A model generated the notes under the pieces. That model was not told the origin of the DNA. It did no database searches and saw nothing but the letters and a program-made list of their open reading frames with translations. 29,612 bases of DNA from a bacterium (GTDB taxonomy: Bacteria > JBHIER01 > G020348925), in assembly GCA_046760705.1 (NCBI GenBank), contig JBHIER010000001.1, forward strand, positions 1-29,612. The letters are read 5' to 3'. Position numbers and translations under genes: made by a program. Of this stretch, positions 8,947-17,148 are shown in pieces. The stretch's first letter is position 1, and every line of letters begins with the position of its first letter.

Positions 8947-9639
8947 CATCTCGTTCGCAACGGCACGCGATGATGAAAAGCCTGAAAAGAAAAACAAGGC
9001 GAGCAAGGAAAGGTGGAACTGTAATAATTGGGATTTTGAGTGTTCCGATGAATGCTTCGACTTGGACTTTTCGGGCCTTGAAGGATTGCGGGGACTCGAA
9101 GGCTTAAAGGGCTTAGAGGAGGGATTAAAAGGACTTGAAGTCGGAATGAAAGCTCTCCATAACGTGGAGCTCGATTTTAATTTCGATGGGTTGTCAGAAT
9201 CCTTAGAGGCGTTGGGAATGGCGCTGGAGCATACGGACATCCCTCCCACGCCCCCGATTGCGCTTCCGCTACCTCCGCCCGTGCCTCCTATTCCTCCGAT
9301 TGACACGGACTACTTCGCTCACTTTTTCTGGGATTGGGATGATCACATTGAGTCTGAAGACCTCACCGAGGAGGAAGAGTTGCGCTTGCACGCCCTCTCT
9401 GCCCTTTTGAACTTATTCCCGTATTAGAGAAGATACTGAAGGGGGAAGAACATCCTGCCATTCGCAGTAAGGCCCTTTCGATCCTGAGAAATATTGACGA
9501 CGAACGGGTGGTTCCCATTTTGGCTGGGGTTGCGAAGGACGATCCCGATATGAGGGTTAGAAAGAGAGCAATTTACTATTTGGGCAAGTCAGTGGACAAA
9601 CGAGCGTTAAAGGTATTGGAAGAGATTTTAGAGGAGTAA
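8894..9639 (+). pseudogene. Secreted Pro-rich / HEAT-repeat protein, frameshifted by a 16-nt deletion
   Basis: Signal peptide, GL[EKR] repeats and a Pro-rich linker, then a premature TAG at 9425. The -1 frame continues ELIPVLEKILKGEEHPAIRSKALSILRNIDDERVVPILAGVAKDDPDMRVRKRAIYYLGKSVDKRALKVLEEILEE to TAA at 9637-9639. The paralogue at 10593 carries the missing GGAAGATGTATCCCGA. Confidence 0.85.
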
Positions 9640-9715
9640 CAAAAAGAATTGCTTGGTGGGTCTTTTGATAATGGATGAAACGGGTTGATCTCGATAATCC
9701 CGATGCTACCAGATG

Positions 9716-9889
9716 TTACCTGGAAGCAGCGACTTCCTTGGGGCTTTTGGGAGAGAGCGAGACCACCTTACGCTTAGATTGGCGCTCTTTGTCTTTCAAA
9801 TCCTGAAATATGGCATCCAAATCATAATTGAACTTCTCGGCGTGCCTCTGACGAATTTTTCTGATCTCTTCGACGATCGGATCCCTCAT
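9716..9889 (-). CDS. Small putative antitoxin coupled to the PIN toxin (57 aa; not in the ORF track)
   Basis: MRDPIVEEIRKIRQRHAEKFNYDLDAIFQDLKDKERQSKRKVVSLSPKSPKEVAASR*; ATGA overlap with the PIN stop; the DPIVEE.R..R...A..F.YDL.AI pattern is typical of genes found after this PIN subfamily. Confidence 0.75.
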   Translation of the reverse strand: MRDPIVEEIRKIRQRHAEKFNYDLDAIFQDLKDKERQSKRKVVSLSPKSPKEVAASR

Positions 9890-10365
9890 GCCTTATCTCC
9901 CATCAATTCTTCTGGTGTACAAATGATTGGCGGTTCATATCCAGACGCACGACAGACACCTTCGATTGCTTCTCGCATCTGAGCGTTGGCAATATGAGCG
10001 CAATTCCAGGTGAGCAAATAGTCCATACCGTGAACAGCCGATACGGCGATGTGCAGTGCGTCCTCGACAGCTTCTGCTGGTACCGCATGTCTGTCAAGCA
10101 GCTCTCTCGCTAAGCTGCGACAATTCTCACTCAGTTCCAGTTGCGGTATATCCTCAAGGGCATCCAGTCTCTTCTGGGCCTCGCTCGGGTCCCCCGCTCC
10201 AGCTTCTTGGACCACCAATTCTGACACATATAGATCGAACTCTTGGCGACGATCCCCCCACCACTCCTGGGTTAACTGTTGATGAGCAGCAATGATCAAA
10301 TCCCGGCTCAATCTTGAAGTCAGGTAGCTAACAATGGTCGTCTCAATGTAAGCAGTAGGCTTCAT
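9886..10365 (-). CDS. PIN-domain (VapC-like) toxin (159 aa)
   Basis: AYIETTIVSY, SELVVQE, EDALHIA and YLLTWNCAHIAN...ICTPEEL motifs. Confidence 0.85.
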   Translation of the reverse strand: MKPTAYIETTIVSYLTSRLSRDLIIAAHQQLTQEWWGDRRQEFDLYVSELVVQEAGAGDPSEAQKRLDALEDIPQLELSENCRSLARELLDRHAVPAEAVEDALHIAVSAVHGMDYLLTWNCAHIANAQMREAIEGVCRASGYEPPIICTPEELMGDKA

Positions 10366-10592
10366 ACCTTGGAGTCAAAGCATTTTTGAATTTTGCGTCG
10401 CCAAATACTCCGGAGACCTTCAGGCGTATGCGGTGGTGTTATACTACGAGCACTTGCAGCATAATTCCGCCTGAATGGTAATATAGCCGAAGGAGCCTGA
10501 GATGTCAAGGAAAAAACGGATCTCGTCGTTTAATACCTGAATTGCATCCAGAACTGATTAGCCGAAAAACCTGAAATTCCCTCAACACTTTC

Positions 10593-10952
10593 ATGCAGAG
10601 GCAATCCCATTTCTACTGGGATTGGGATGGATGGGATGCTGGCGTTGATTCTGAAGGACTCAGCGAGGAGGAAGAGTTGCGCTTGCACGCCCTCTCTGCC
10701 CTTTGGAAGATGTATCCCGATGAACTTATTCCCGTATTAGAGAAAACACTGAAAGAGGGAGAACATCCTGCCATCCGCAGCAGAGCTCTTTCGATTCTAA
10801 GAAGGATTGATGATGACCGGGTCGTCCCCATCTTGGGAAGAGTGGCGAGGCACGATCCCGATATGAGGATCAGAAAGAGGGCAATCTACTATTTGGGAAA
10901 GTCAAGGGACAAACAAGCGCTAAAGGTACTGGAAGAGATTTTAGAGGAGTAA
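10593..10952 (+). pseudogene. 5'-truncated paralogue of the 8894 HEAT gene (intact C-terminal HEAT repeats, 119 codons)
   Basis: HFYWDWD...EEEELRLHALSAL...LEEILEE matches copy 1; no signal peptide or clear SD; in-frame TGA 7 codons upstream. Confidence 0.7.
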
Positions 10953-10970
10953 CACATTTTGTGAGCATCA

Positions 10971-11687
10971 TCAGGACACCTTCTGACAGGACGTCCTAAC
11001 GAAGCACACCCCACACCTCTTCTTTCGGCACCAGTCTTTGCCCAATCTGACCAGAGCACTTTCAAAATCGGGGAAGGACCACCCCTTCACACCACCTCTT
11101 TGCCAGAGCCTCTTCAACTCACCAAGAACCTCCCGAGACTTTTTGGTCTTGACCAATCCCAAATTGGAGCCGGCCAAAACGGCCAGCTCCTGGGGCAACG
11201 GATCGGCCTTCCTCCATATACCCCGCAGCTCCCTTAAGAAAATGTTGACCGTCACCGGGCCGATGCCCTTGCCCAGTTTTTGCAACCGGCGCTCTAAATC
11301 CCCGGAACTCTCTGATTGGCGATGAAGCGCATTTAGATCGCCGTTGTATTCGTCTTTGAGCGTTTCCATTATCTCCAGCAACTTCGTCGCCGTCTTAAAG
11401 TCGTAGCGCACATAGCCGCCAGCATCCAAGATTTCCACCAATCCGTCCCATCCGGTTTGAAGAATCTCTTCCGGCGACAAAACGTCCTTTGATTCAAACT
11501 CCCGATACGTATTGACCACTATAGGCTCCGATATCCTGGCTCCGAAAAGGAGGGAGGCGAAGAACCACTTAAAGATTTCTTGAGAATCTGCGTCACTCAA
11601 ATCTATGCCTAAGCTACGAGAGAATGAGCCGCCAATGTTTTCGATCAGAGTTTTAATCACGCCTTTCTTATCGCCTCTTTCCCTCAT
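10971..11687 (-). CDS. HhH-GPD superfamily (endonuclease III-like) protein with C-terminal Cys cluster (238 aa)
   Basis: HhH motif LGKGIGPVTVNIFLREL; CRKKRCGVCFVRTSC Fe-S-like motif; FGARIS and GGYVRYDFKTA motifs. Confidence 0.75.
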   Translation of the reverse strand: MRERGDKKGVIKTLIENIGGSFSRSLGIDLSDADSQEIFKWFFASLLFGARISEPIVVNTYREFESKDVLSPEEILQTGWDGLVEILDAGGYVRYDFKTATKLLEIMETLKDEYNGDLNALHRQSESSGDLERRLQKLGKGIGPVTVNIFLRELRGIWRKADPLPQELAVLAGSNLGLVKTKKSREVLGELKRLWQRGGVKGWSFPDFESALVRLGKDWCRKKRCGVCFVRTSCQKVS

Positions 11688-11701
11688 TTTCCCTCATACT
11701 G

Positions 11702-12454
11702 TCAGAACACTTTGAACCCGGCGTATTGCAATCGGGCCACAGATGTGGGGTAAGGATCGCAGTCCTCTTCCTCCAGGTAGTCATCGTATCCGATGGCTTT
11801 AAGTTTGGCGATCATTTCGGCTCTTTCTGCCGGGGGCATAAGTCGTGGATCGCTCATGGAGGCGACGCGAAAGTAGGTTCCGCATTTGAGCAGATATTCC
11901 ACCGCCTTATACGGAAGTTCATGAAATTCACCCAACGCCCCGGTCCGGCGCTCAAATCCCTCAGCGTTGCCGGCTTTGATCGACAGCCGAATATAAAGAT
12001 TTTGATATTTCGCTAAGGCCTGAACGTACGATTTATCCTGACCCAACAATATGCCGTTCGTCTCCAGAATGAAAAGATAGTGGGTAGCATCGATCAAGTC
12101 AAGAAGAGCCAGCAGATGTTCCTGGCTCAAGGTCGGCTCACCTCCGGAGACGCGCAACTTGTCCACTCTTTTTCTCCCGGCAATATTGATCAGTCGATTG
12201 AACACCTGTTGAGGCGTATAAAACTGGCCGTGCCTCTCCGGGAAATCCCGCGACCAATCCACCCAACAAAAAGAGCATCGCAGGCAGCAGCCGACCAGGT
12301 AGCCAGTGGCTATTCCTCCGTAAACACCCACCTTATAGAAGTCAGTATACTTTCGGGCAGAGCCTCGACAAACGATCTCGTGGGTCCGCTGAGCCAAATT
12401 TAGCGGATCGAAAGGCTCGAAGCCTTTTTCAAGCCATCTGGGATAAATTTTCAT
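11702..12454 (-). CDS. Radical SAM protein, COG5014/TM0948-like (250 aa)
   Basis: GCCLRCSFCW (CxxxCxxC), RVSGGEPTL, ILETNGILL; YGGIATG motif before the cluster. Confidence 0.85.
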   Translation of the reverse strand: MKIYPRWLEKGFEPFDPLNLAQRTHEIVCRGSARKYTDFYKVGVYGGIATGYLVGCCLRCSFCWVDWSRDFPERHGQFYTPQQVFNRLINIAGRKRVDKLRVSGGEPTLSQEHLLALLDLIDATHYLFILETNGILLGQDKSYVQALAKYQNLYIRLSIKAGNAEGFERRTGALGEFHELPYKAVEYLLKCGTYFRVASMSDPRLMPPAERAEMIAKLKAIGYDDYLEEEDCDPYPTSVARLQYAGFKVF

Positions 12455-12550
12455 GGTATGGAGAAAGTAGCGCCAAATTTCATAGTGGATGTATTATCAT
12501 GTTCAGCGAAAGTCCGGGCGTCACTTAACAAATACAAAACATAAACACCA

Positions 12551-13003
12551 TCATTCCCATAATTCCTGATCTTTCTCATCAGCAGGAATGAGCTTGAGAA
12601 TTATCTTTTGAAACTCTTTAAACAACCACATATCGCTCTTTAGGTGCGAGTAAACCAAGTCCAGATTAGCCTTCAAGCACAAGTGGGCCAGCAGGTTCCT
12701 CAATTTTACCATTTCGACCATCTTCTCGGCAAAGTCTTTCTCACCTAAATAGCCCGATTCGAATAGTATGATGAAGATATCACTGTTTGTTTCTGGGCGT
12801 CTGAGCCCATAACCAGATATGACATGATTGCCTAAATCGATACAACATTCGGTGGCTATTTGAAATCTCCTGCACACAGCGTCTTGGAGAGTGGCGTTTT
12901 TTAAAGACTGCTCTTGTGAGACTTTCTGATGCTCTTTCAAAATCTCTATGGACTTATCTAACTCCTCTAAATGTTTGGACATGCTTCTCTCATTGAGAGT
13001 CAT
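12551..13003 (-). CDS. HepT-like (DUF86, HEPN) RNase toxin (150 aa)
   Basis: AVCRRFQIATECCIDLGNHVIS, PETNSDIF and RNLLAH (RX4H) motifs; ATGA overlap with the upstream nucleotidyltransferase. Confidence 0.85.
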   Translation of the reverse strand: MTLNERSMSKHLEELDKSIEILKEHQKVSQEQSLKNATLQDAVCRRFQIATECCIDLGNHVISGYGLRRPETNSDIFIILFESGYLGEKDFAEKMVEMVKLRNLLAHLCLKANLDLVYSHLKSDMWLFKEFQKIILKLIPADEKDQELWE

Positions 13004-13251
13004 CGATACTTATCGCTCAATCTCTTCAGAGAGAATCTGTTATCCTCAAACACATCGATGATTTGAGAATAGACATAAGATTCGCATTTTTTCCTGTCTT
13101 CGGTGGCGAGGTTCTCATCGAGAAGTAAGGCGATATCAATATCACTCAAAGCCCCCTCTTCCGTCTTGCTATATGAGCCAAATATATAGGCCGCAATTAA
13201 AAACTTGTCCCCCGACAAGCGATCCTTAACTTGGGGAAGTTTCTTTCTCAG
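13000..13251 (-). pseudogene. MntA-like minimal nucleotidyltransferase antitoxin, apparently shortened (start approximate)
   Basis: AAYIFGSYSKTEEGALSDIDIALLL (GS-x10-DxD); ends about 45 codons after DxD with no recognisable third-Asp strand; no clear ATG. Confidence 0.6.
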
Positions 13252-13436
13252 GTCACCCTTTATTTTTGTATACGTGTAAAAGATAATTCTCCTTTTTGGA
13301 ATCTGCGGGAGGTCGCCGAGGGTAGAGTCAATGATTTTTTGCCACTGCGCATGGTCCGGTGTCCGTTGAAAGGCCTTGATAGCCCTGACAGATTGTGACC
13401 CAATGATGCCATCAATAGCCCCAGGGTAATACGGCT

Positions 13437-13790
13437 CTATCTCTTTTGCCCGCAATAGGGACAGACCACCCAGTCCGGCTCCAAGGTTCTGTTGCATTCC
13501 GAACAGTTGACTCTCAGAGAAGTCTGACAATAGGGGCAGACTTTGAAATCGTGTCGAATGAATCGGTCACAATTGGGGCACCGGCCGGCCATAAAGATAA
13601 AATCCTTGAACGCTTTACCGAAATCTTTAAATCCGAATCTGAAATCGAACCGATCAAAAGGGCCGGCCTCAAAACATGACGGGCAGAGGTTCTTATCGTT
13701 CATCGCCTTTCGGCACTGACCGCAAATCGCCCGGCCGCAACCCATGCAGACCCCCATTGCTTCAACTTCGGGGTGAGCGTGACATCTCAC
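13437..13790 (-). CDS. B-box-like plus double-zinc-ribbon protein (117 aa, 15 Cys)
   Basis: CxxH...CxxC..CxxC...CxxC, then CPNC, CPYC, CSEC, CPYC; AGGAGGT SD before the GTG. Confidence 0.8.
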   Translation of the reverse strand: MRCHAHPEVEAMGVCMGCGRAICGQCRKAMNDKNLCPSCFEAGPFDRFDFRFGFKDFGKAFKDFIFMAGRCPNCDRFIRHDFKVCPYCQTSLRVNCSECNRTLEPDWVVCPYCGQKR

Positions 13791-13796
13791 TTGCTT

Positions 13797-14405
13797 TCAC
13801 CTCCTATCCGCAACCCCAGAGGACTTAATCACTCTTTCCGGCGTAAGGATGTAATCGACCCTTTTATCCCTGGGCGTCATCAGGGTCGAGAATTCGCCGA
13901 TAACCTGGAGTTCATGAACGACTGTCACCACAGGGGGATTTCCATGGATGAGCTTCTGTTTTTGCAAATAGTCCCATTCGCGATCGCCGTATCCCTTGCC
14001 TTTGCCCAGCCGGTTCCCGCTCAGATCCACAGCCACGCTGCCTTGAACAAAGAGATCGACGTTCGTCCTGAGCGGTTTGCCGAACCGTTTGAATCCTTTG
14101 ATACTGGTGGCCGGCCCGATACGGTCCCTCTCCTCAATCTGAAGAAAACCGGCCATGTGGGGCAGAGCCACAGCCAGAACTTTCCCCTCCTCTAAGACCA
14201 GTTCGCGGACCCGCTTGAGCACTCGATCGGGGGCACAGAAGACGCACTCGGCCCCTTTGAATTCGGGCAGTCCTCTTATTCGCTCCGCCGCCTGTTCACT
14301 CCCCACGAAGTTGGGAATGCGCCCGTGACAGGGCCGCGGAAAGGCGACGAGCCCCTTCTCCTCCAAAAGGTCCCAGATTCTGTTTCGAATGTCGTCCTTG
14401 GTCAT
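13797..14405 (-). CDS. 5-formyltetrahydrofolate cyclo-ligase family protein (COG0212, MTHFSD/archaeal-like; 202 aa)
   Basis: GRIPNFVGSEQAA, VQGSVAVD..GNRLGKGKGYGDRE, VHELQV and VDYILTP motifs; ATG at 14405. Confidence 0.85.
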   Translation of the reverse strand: MTKDDIRNRIWDLLEEKGLVAFPRPCHGRIPNFVGSEQAAERIRGLPEFKGAECVFCAPDRVLKRVRELVLEEGKVLAVALPHMAGFLQIEERDRIGPATSIKGFKRFGKPLRTNVDLFVQGSVAVDLSGNRLGKGKGYGDREWDYLQKQKLIHGNPPVVTVVHELQVIGEFSTLMTPRDKRVDYILTPERVIKSSGVADRR

Positions 14406-14423
14406 TAAAGCTGACCGCAAGGC

Positions 14424-14879
14424 TCAGCCCTTCAGCAGATCGAGCTGCTCTCTGGGCTCCCAGGTCTTGCCCTTCTCCAAAATATGAATGATCTTCCATC
14501 CTCTCTCCCTCAACTCGCCGGCAATAAACCTGCGGTGGCAGCGCCAGGGCAGCCTCTCGGCACAGAGGATGAGGGCCGGCTCCCTCCTGGCTAACCTCTC
14601 GACCTCACTCAGAGTTTTCCGAAAGAGATCGGTCTTCATGTAGTTGTCGTACCCGCCATTCCGGTATCCACCCAACCGATCACCAAAGAAGTCGTACGAG
14701 CATCCGGCCCACTCCAACTGTTTCGCCAGATTCTCCCTCTTGAAGTGGTCGAACTTTGAGGTGGGAAAGCGGCGCACATCGATCACCCTTTTGATCCCAT
14801 ACGCTCGCAACAGATCCACAAACTGTTCTATGGTTCGATCGCTGGTGCCGAGGGTGCACACAACTTTTTCTCTCTTCAT
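14424..14879 (-). CDS. DUF488 family protein (151 aa)
   Basis: TLGTSDR, IDVRRFPTS, LGGYR and LCAERLPWRCHRRFIA motifs. Confidence 0.9.
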   Translation of the reverse strand: MKREKVVCTLGTSDRTIEQFVDLLRAYGIKRVIDVRRFPTSKFDHFKRENLAKQLEWAGCSYDFFGDRLGGYRNGGYDNYMKTDLFRKTLSEVERLARREPALILCAERLPWRCHRRFIAGELRERGWKIIHILEKGKTWEPREQLDLLKG

Positions 14880-15027
14880 TTGAAATGATTCCTTAACTGA
14901 CTCGTTTGCATCGGCCCGGTTTCCGTTTACGCACTAACGGTTAGCCGCCTGTTCCATTCTTCAGCCACCGAGACGCCGAGCAGGCAGAAATGCGATATGT
15001 CCAAGGTTCAAACGCCTGCAGCAATTT

Positions 15028-15107
15028 GTAGGGTAGGGGGCTTGTCGCCCCAAGAATCACGCCCACCTGTCTGCGTGCTCACGCACAGGCAGGCAAGGGG
15101 CTACTAC
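15028..15107. repeat. REP-like palindromic element with a nested CCTGTCTGCGTG/CACGCACAGGCAGG inverted repeat (15066-15093)
   Basis: Imperfect hairpin CCTGTCTGCGTG-CT-CACGCACAGGCAGG inside a GTAGGG...CTAC-bounded GC-rich segment in non-coding DNA. Confidence 0.55.
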
Positions 15108-15216
15108 ATCTGGACAGCACGGCATCCCTATACTCGCAAAAGAGCGATTTCGGAACTATCAAGAGATTTCTCATTTGGGAACAAATCTTAAATTCCTTAT
15201 GCCATCGGCTGTGAAT

Positions 15217-16923
15217 TTAGTCTTTTCGACCGAAAAACTTGAGAAGCTTGCCCAACGGATGGGTGTTGATCACGCCCTCCCGCTCAAGCCAACCCCTCCG
15301 GGCTACGGCCACGCCCAGTCTCATCATCCACAACTGGTCGATGTGGTGGGCGTCGGTGCCGATGGCCAGTTTCACCCCCATCTCTTTGGCCTTCCTTGAG
15401 GAGACATCGTCGAGATCGAGGCGGTCGTAATAGGCGTTGATCTCCAGGGCGGTGCCTGTTTCGGCGGCCTTTCGCATCACCGCATCGATGTCCACCTCGT
15501 AGCCCTCGCGGCTGGAGATGAGCCGTCCTGTCGGATGGGCGATGATGTCTACGTGCGGATTGTCCATGGCCTTGAGCATCCGGGCCGTGACGTTCCTCTT
15601 GAACCCGGAGTGGATGGCCGCCACGACGACGTCCAGCTTGTCCAACAGTTCGTCCGAGCAGTCCAGACTGCCGTCGCCTCTGATATCGACCTCAATTCCA
15701 GACAGGAGGGTGATGCCGGAGATCCGTCTGTTGATGGCTCTGATCTCCCCGATCTTCTCCATCAGCTTCTGCGGTGAGACCCCCCGGGCGTATTTGGCCG
15801 ATTCCGAATGGTCGCAGACAGCGATGTACTCATATCCCAGTCTCTTAGCCCGGGTTGCGATCTCCTTCAAGGTGGCCGACCCGTCGCTGTAATTGGAGTG
15901 GACGTGGATGTCGCCGCGCACATTATCGTATCCCATCAAATCCGGCAGTCGGCCCGATTGGGCCAGCTCCACCTCGCCTCGATCCTCCCTCATCTCCGGC
16001 GGAATCCAGGGCAGATCCAGAGCAGCATACACCTGCTCTTCGTCCTTACCGCCGATCTTCTTCTTCCCTCGAAAGACGCCGTATTCGTTTATCTTCAGCC
16101 CTCGCTCCTTTGCTATCCCTCTGAGGCGGATGTTGTGAGCTTTCGATCCGGTGAAGTACTGCATGGCTGCCCCGAAGGAGTCCGGCTCGACGACCCGGAC
16201 ATCCACCTGAACGCCCCCCTCGACGATGACGCTCCCCTTGGTCTCGCCGGCGGCCAGCACCTCTTCCACCTGGTCCAGATGGACGAAGTGGTCGATTATC
16301 TTTCTGCCATCGTGGCCTGTGGTGAGGATGTCGATGTCGCCTATATTCTCGCGCATCCGGCGCAGACTCCCGGCCGGGGAGATTTGAAGTACGCCCTTGA
16401 CCTTTTCCAGTTGCTCGACAACCGACTCCACCAGAGGCAGGGCGATACCCAAGGGAATCCGCCCCTGGCTGGCGGCCTGGAGCTGAATCCCTCTGACGAT
16501 GTTCTCCACCTTCTTGGCCCCCATACCGGCCAGGGACTCCATAGCGCCGCTGGCAATGGCCTTCTTCAGATCCTCCAGGTTTTTCACACCCAGTTCCTTG
16601 TGCACCAGAGCCAGAGTCTTCGGCCCCAACCCCTGAATGGACATCAGATCAACCAGCCCGGCGGGAACGGTCTTGGTCACCTCTTCGTACTTGCTCATCC
16701 TGCCCGTCCTCAGATATTCATCGATCTTCTTGGCGATCCCCTCGCCCACCCCGGGAATCTGTCGCAACTTCCCCTCTCTCCAGATGGCCTCGATATCGTC
16801 CCTGAGATCGCTGATCACCCGAGCCGCCTTGCGATAGGCGCTCACCTTAAAAGAGAGTTCGCCTTGAAACTCCAGCACATCGCCTATCCGCTCAAACATC
16901 GCCGCAATGGCCCGATTTTTCAT
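15217..16923 (-). CDS. polX: DNA polymerase X with PHP 3'-5' exonuclease domain (568 aa)
   Basis: FKVSAYRKAA, GSLRR...IGDIDIL, VDVRVV, QYFTGSKAHN, NEYG; PHP motifs DIHVHSNYSDG, DH, HPTGR and GTDAH. Confidence 0.95.
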   Translation of the reverse strand: MKNRAIAAMFERIGDVLEFQGELSFKVSAYRKAARVISDLRDDIEAIWREGKLRQIPGVGEGIAKKIDEYLRTGRMSKYEEVTKTVPAGLVDLMSIQGLGPKTLALVHKELGVKNLEDLKKAIASGAMESLAGMGAKKVENIVRGIQLQAASQGRIPLGIALPLVESVVEQLEKVKGVLQISPAGSLRRMRENIGDIDILTTGHDGRKIIDHFVHLDQVEEVLAAGETKGSVIVEGGVQVDVRVVEPDSFGAAMQYFTGSKAHNIRLRGIAKERGLKINEYGVFRGKKKIGGKDEEQVYAALDLPWIPPEMREDRGEVELAQSGRLPDLMGYDNVRGDIHVHSNYSDGSATLKEIATRAKRLGYEYIAVCDHSESAKYARGVSPQKLMEKIGEIRAINRRISGITLLSGIEVDIRGDGSLDCSDELLDKLDVVVAAIHSGFKRNVTARMLKAMDNPHVDIIAHPTGRLISSREGYEVDIDAVMRKAAETGTALEINAYYDRLDLDDVSSRKAKEMGVKLAIGTDAHHIDQLWMMRLGVAVARRGWLEREGVINTHPLGKLLKFFGRKD

Positions 16924-16986
16924 GACGGTATCCCCCTCAATCTCCCCTTGATCATATTTTCAGACTCTTCTTCAGTTTTCCAGAAC

Positions 16987-17015
16987 AAAATATCCAAAAC
17001 TGCCCGACATGTCAA
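16987..17015 (-). promoter_or_regulatory. sigma70 promoter for polX
   Basis: Minus strand TTGACA-N17-TATTTT. Confidence 0.6.
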
Positions 17016-17148
17016 GAGCAAAACATGCTTCCGCCCCTCGTGAGGCGGACTGGGCCCACAGCTCATCACAGCGATCGCCATAAATGCTAATGCCTGGTGC
17101 TTGAACAGGGAAGCGGATGTCTTCGGACGGACACGACTTAGGTTCAAA

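Larger units (their letters stand above)
9320..10954 (+). repeat. Diverged direct duplication (9320-9641 and 10608-10954) flanking the TA module
   Basis: Colinear DNA similarity, including identical 41-nt and 24-nt blocks and an identical 3' end GAAGAGATTTTAGAGGAGTAACA. Confidence 0.9.

Noticed and set aside
9401-9411. Programmed -1 frameshift at GCC CTT TTG restoring the HEAT gene
   Set aside because: CCCTTTT is not in the X XXY YYZ register of the reading frame, and the paralogue shows a plain 16-nt deletion removing five residues
14932-14948. CTAAC-G-GTTAG palindrome as an integron attC site
   Set aside because: Only core-like motifs with no L boxes or spacer; no integrase or cassette array in the window
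15808-17043. 411-aa plus-strand ORF
   Set aside because: Antisense shadow of polX, expected from codon bias
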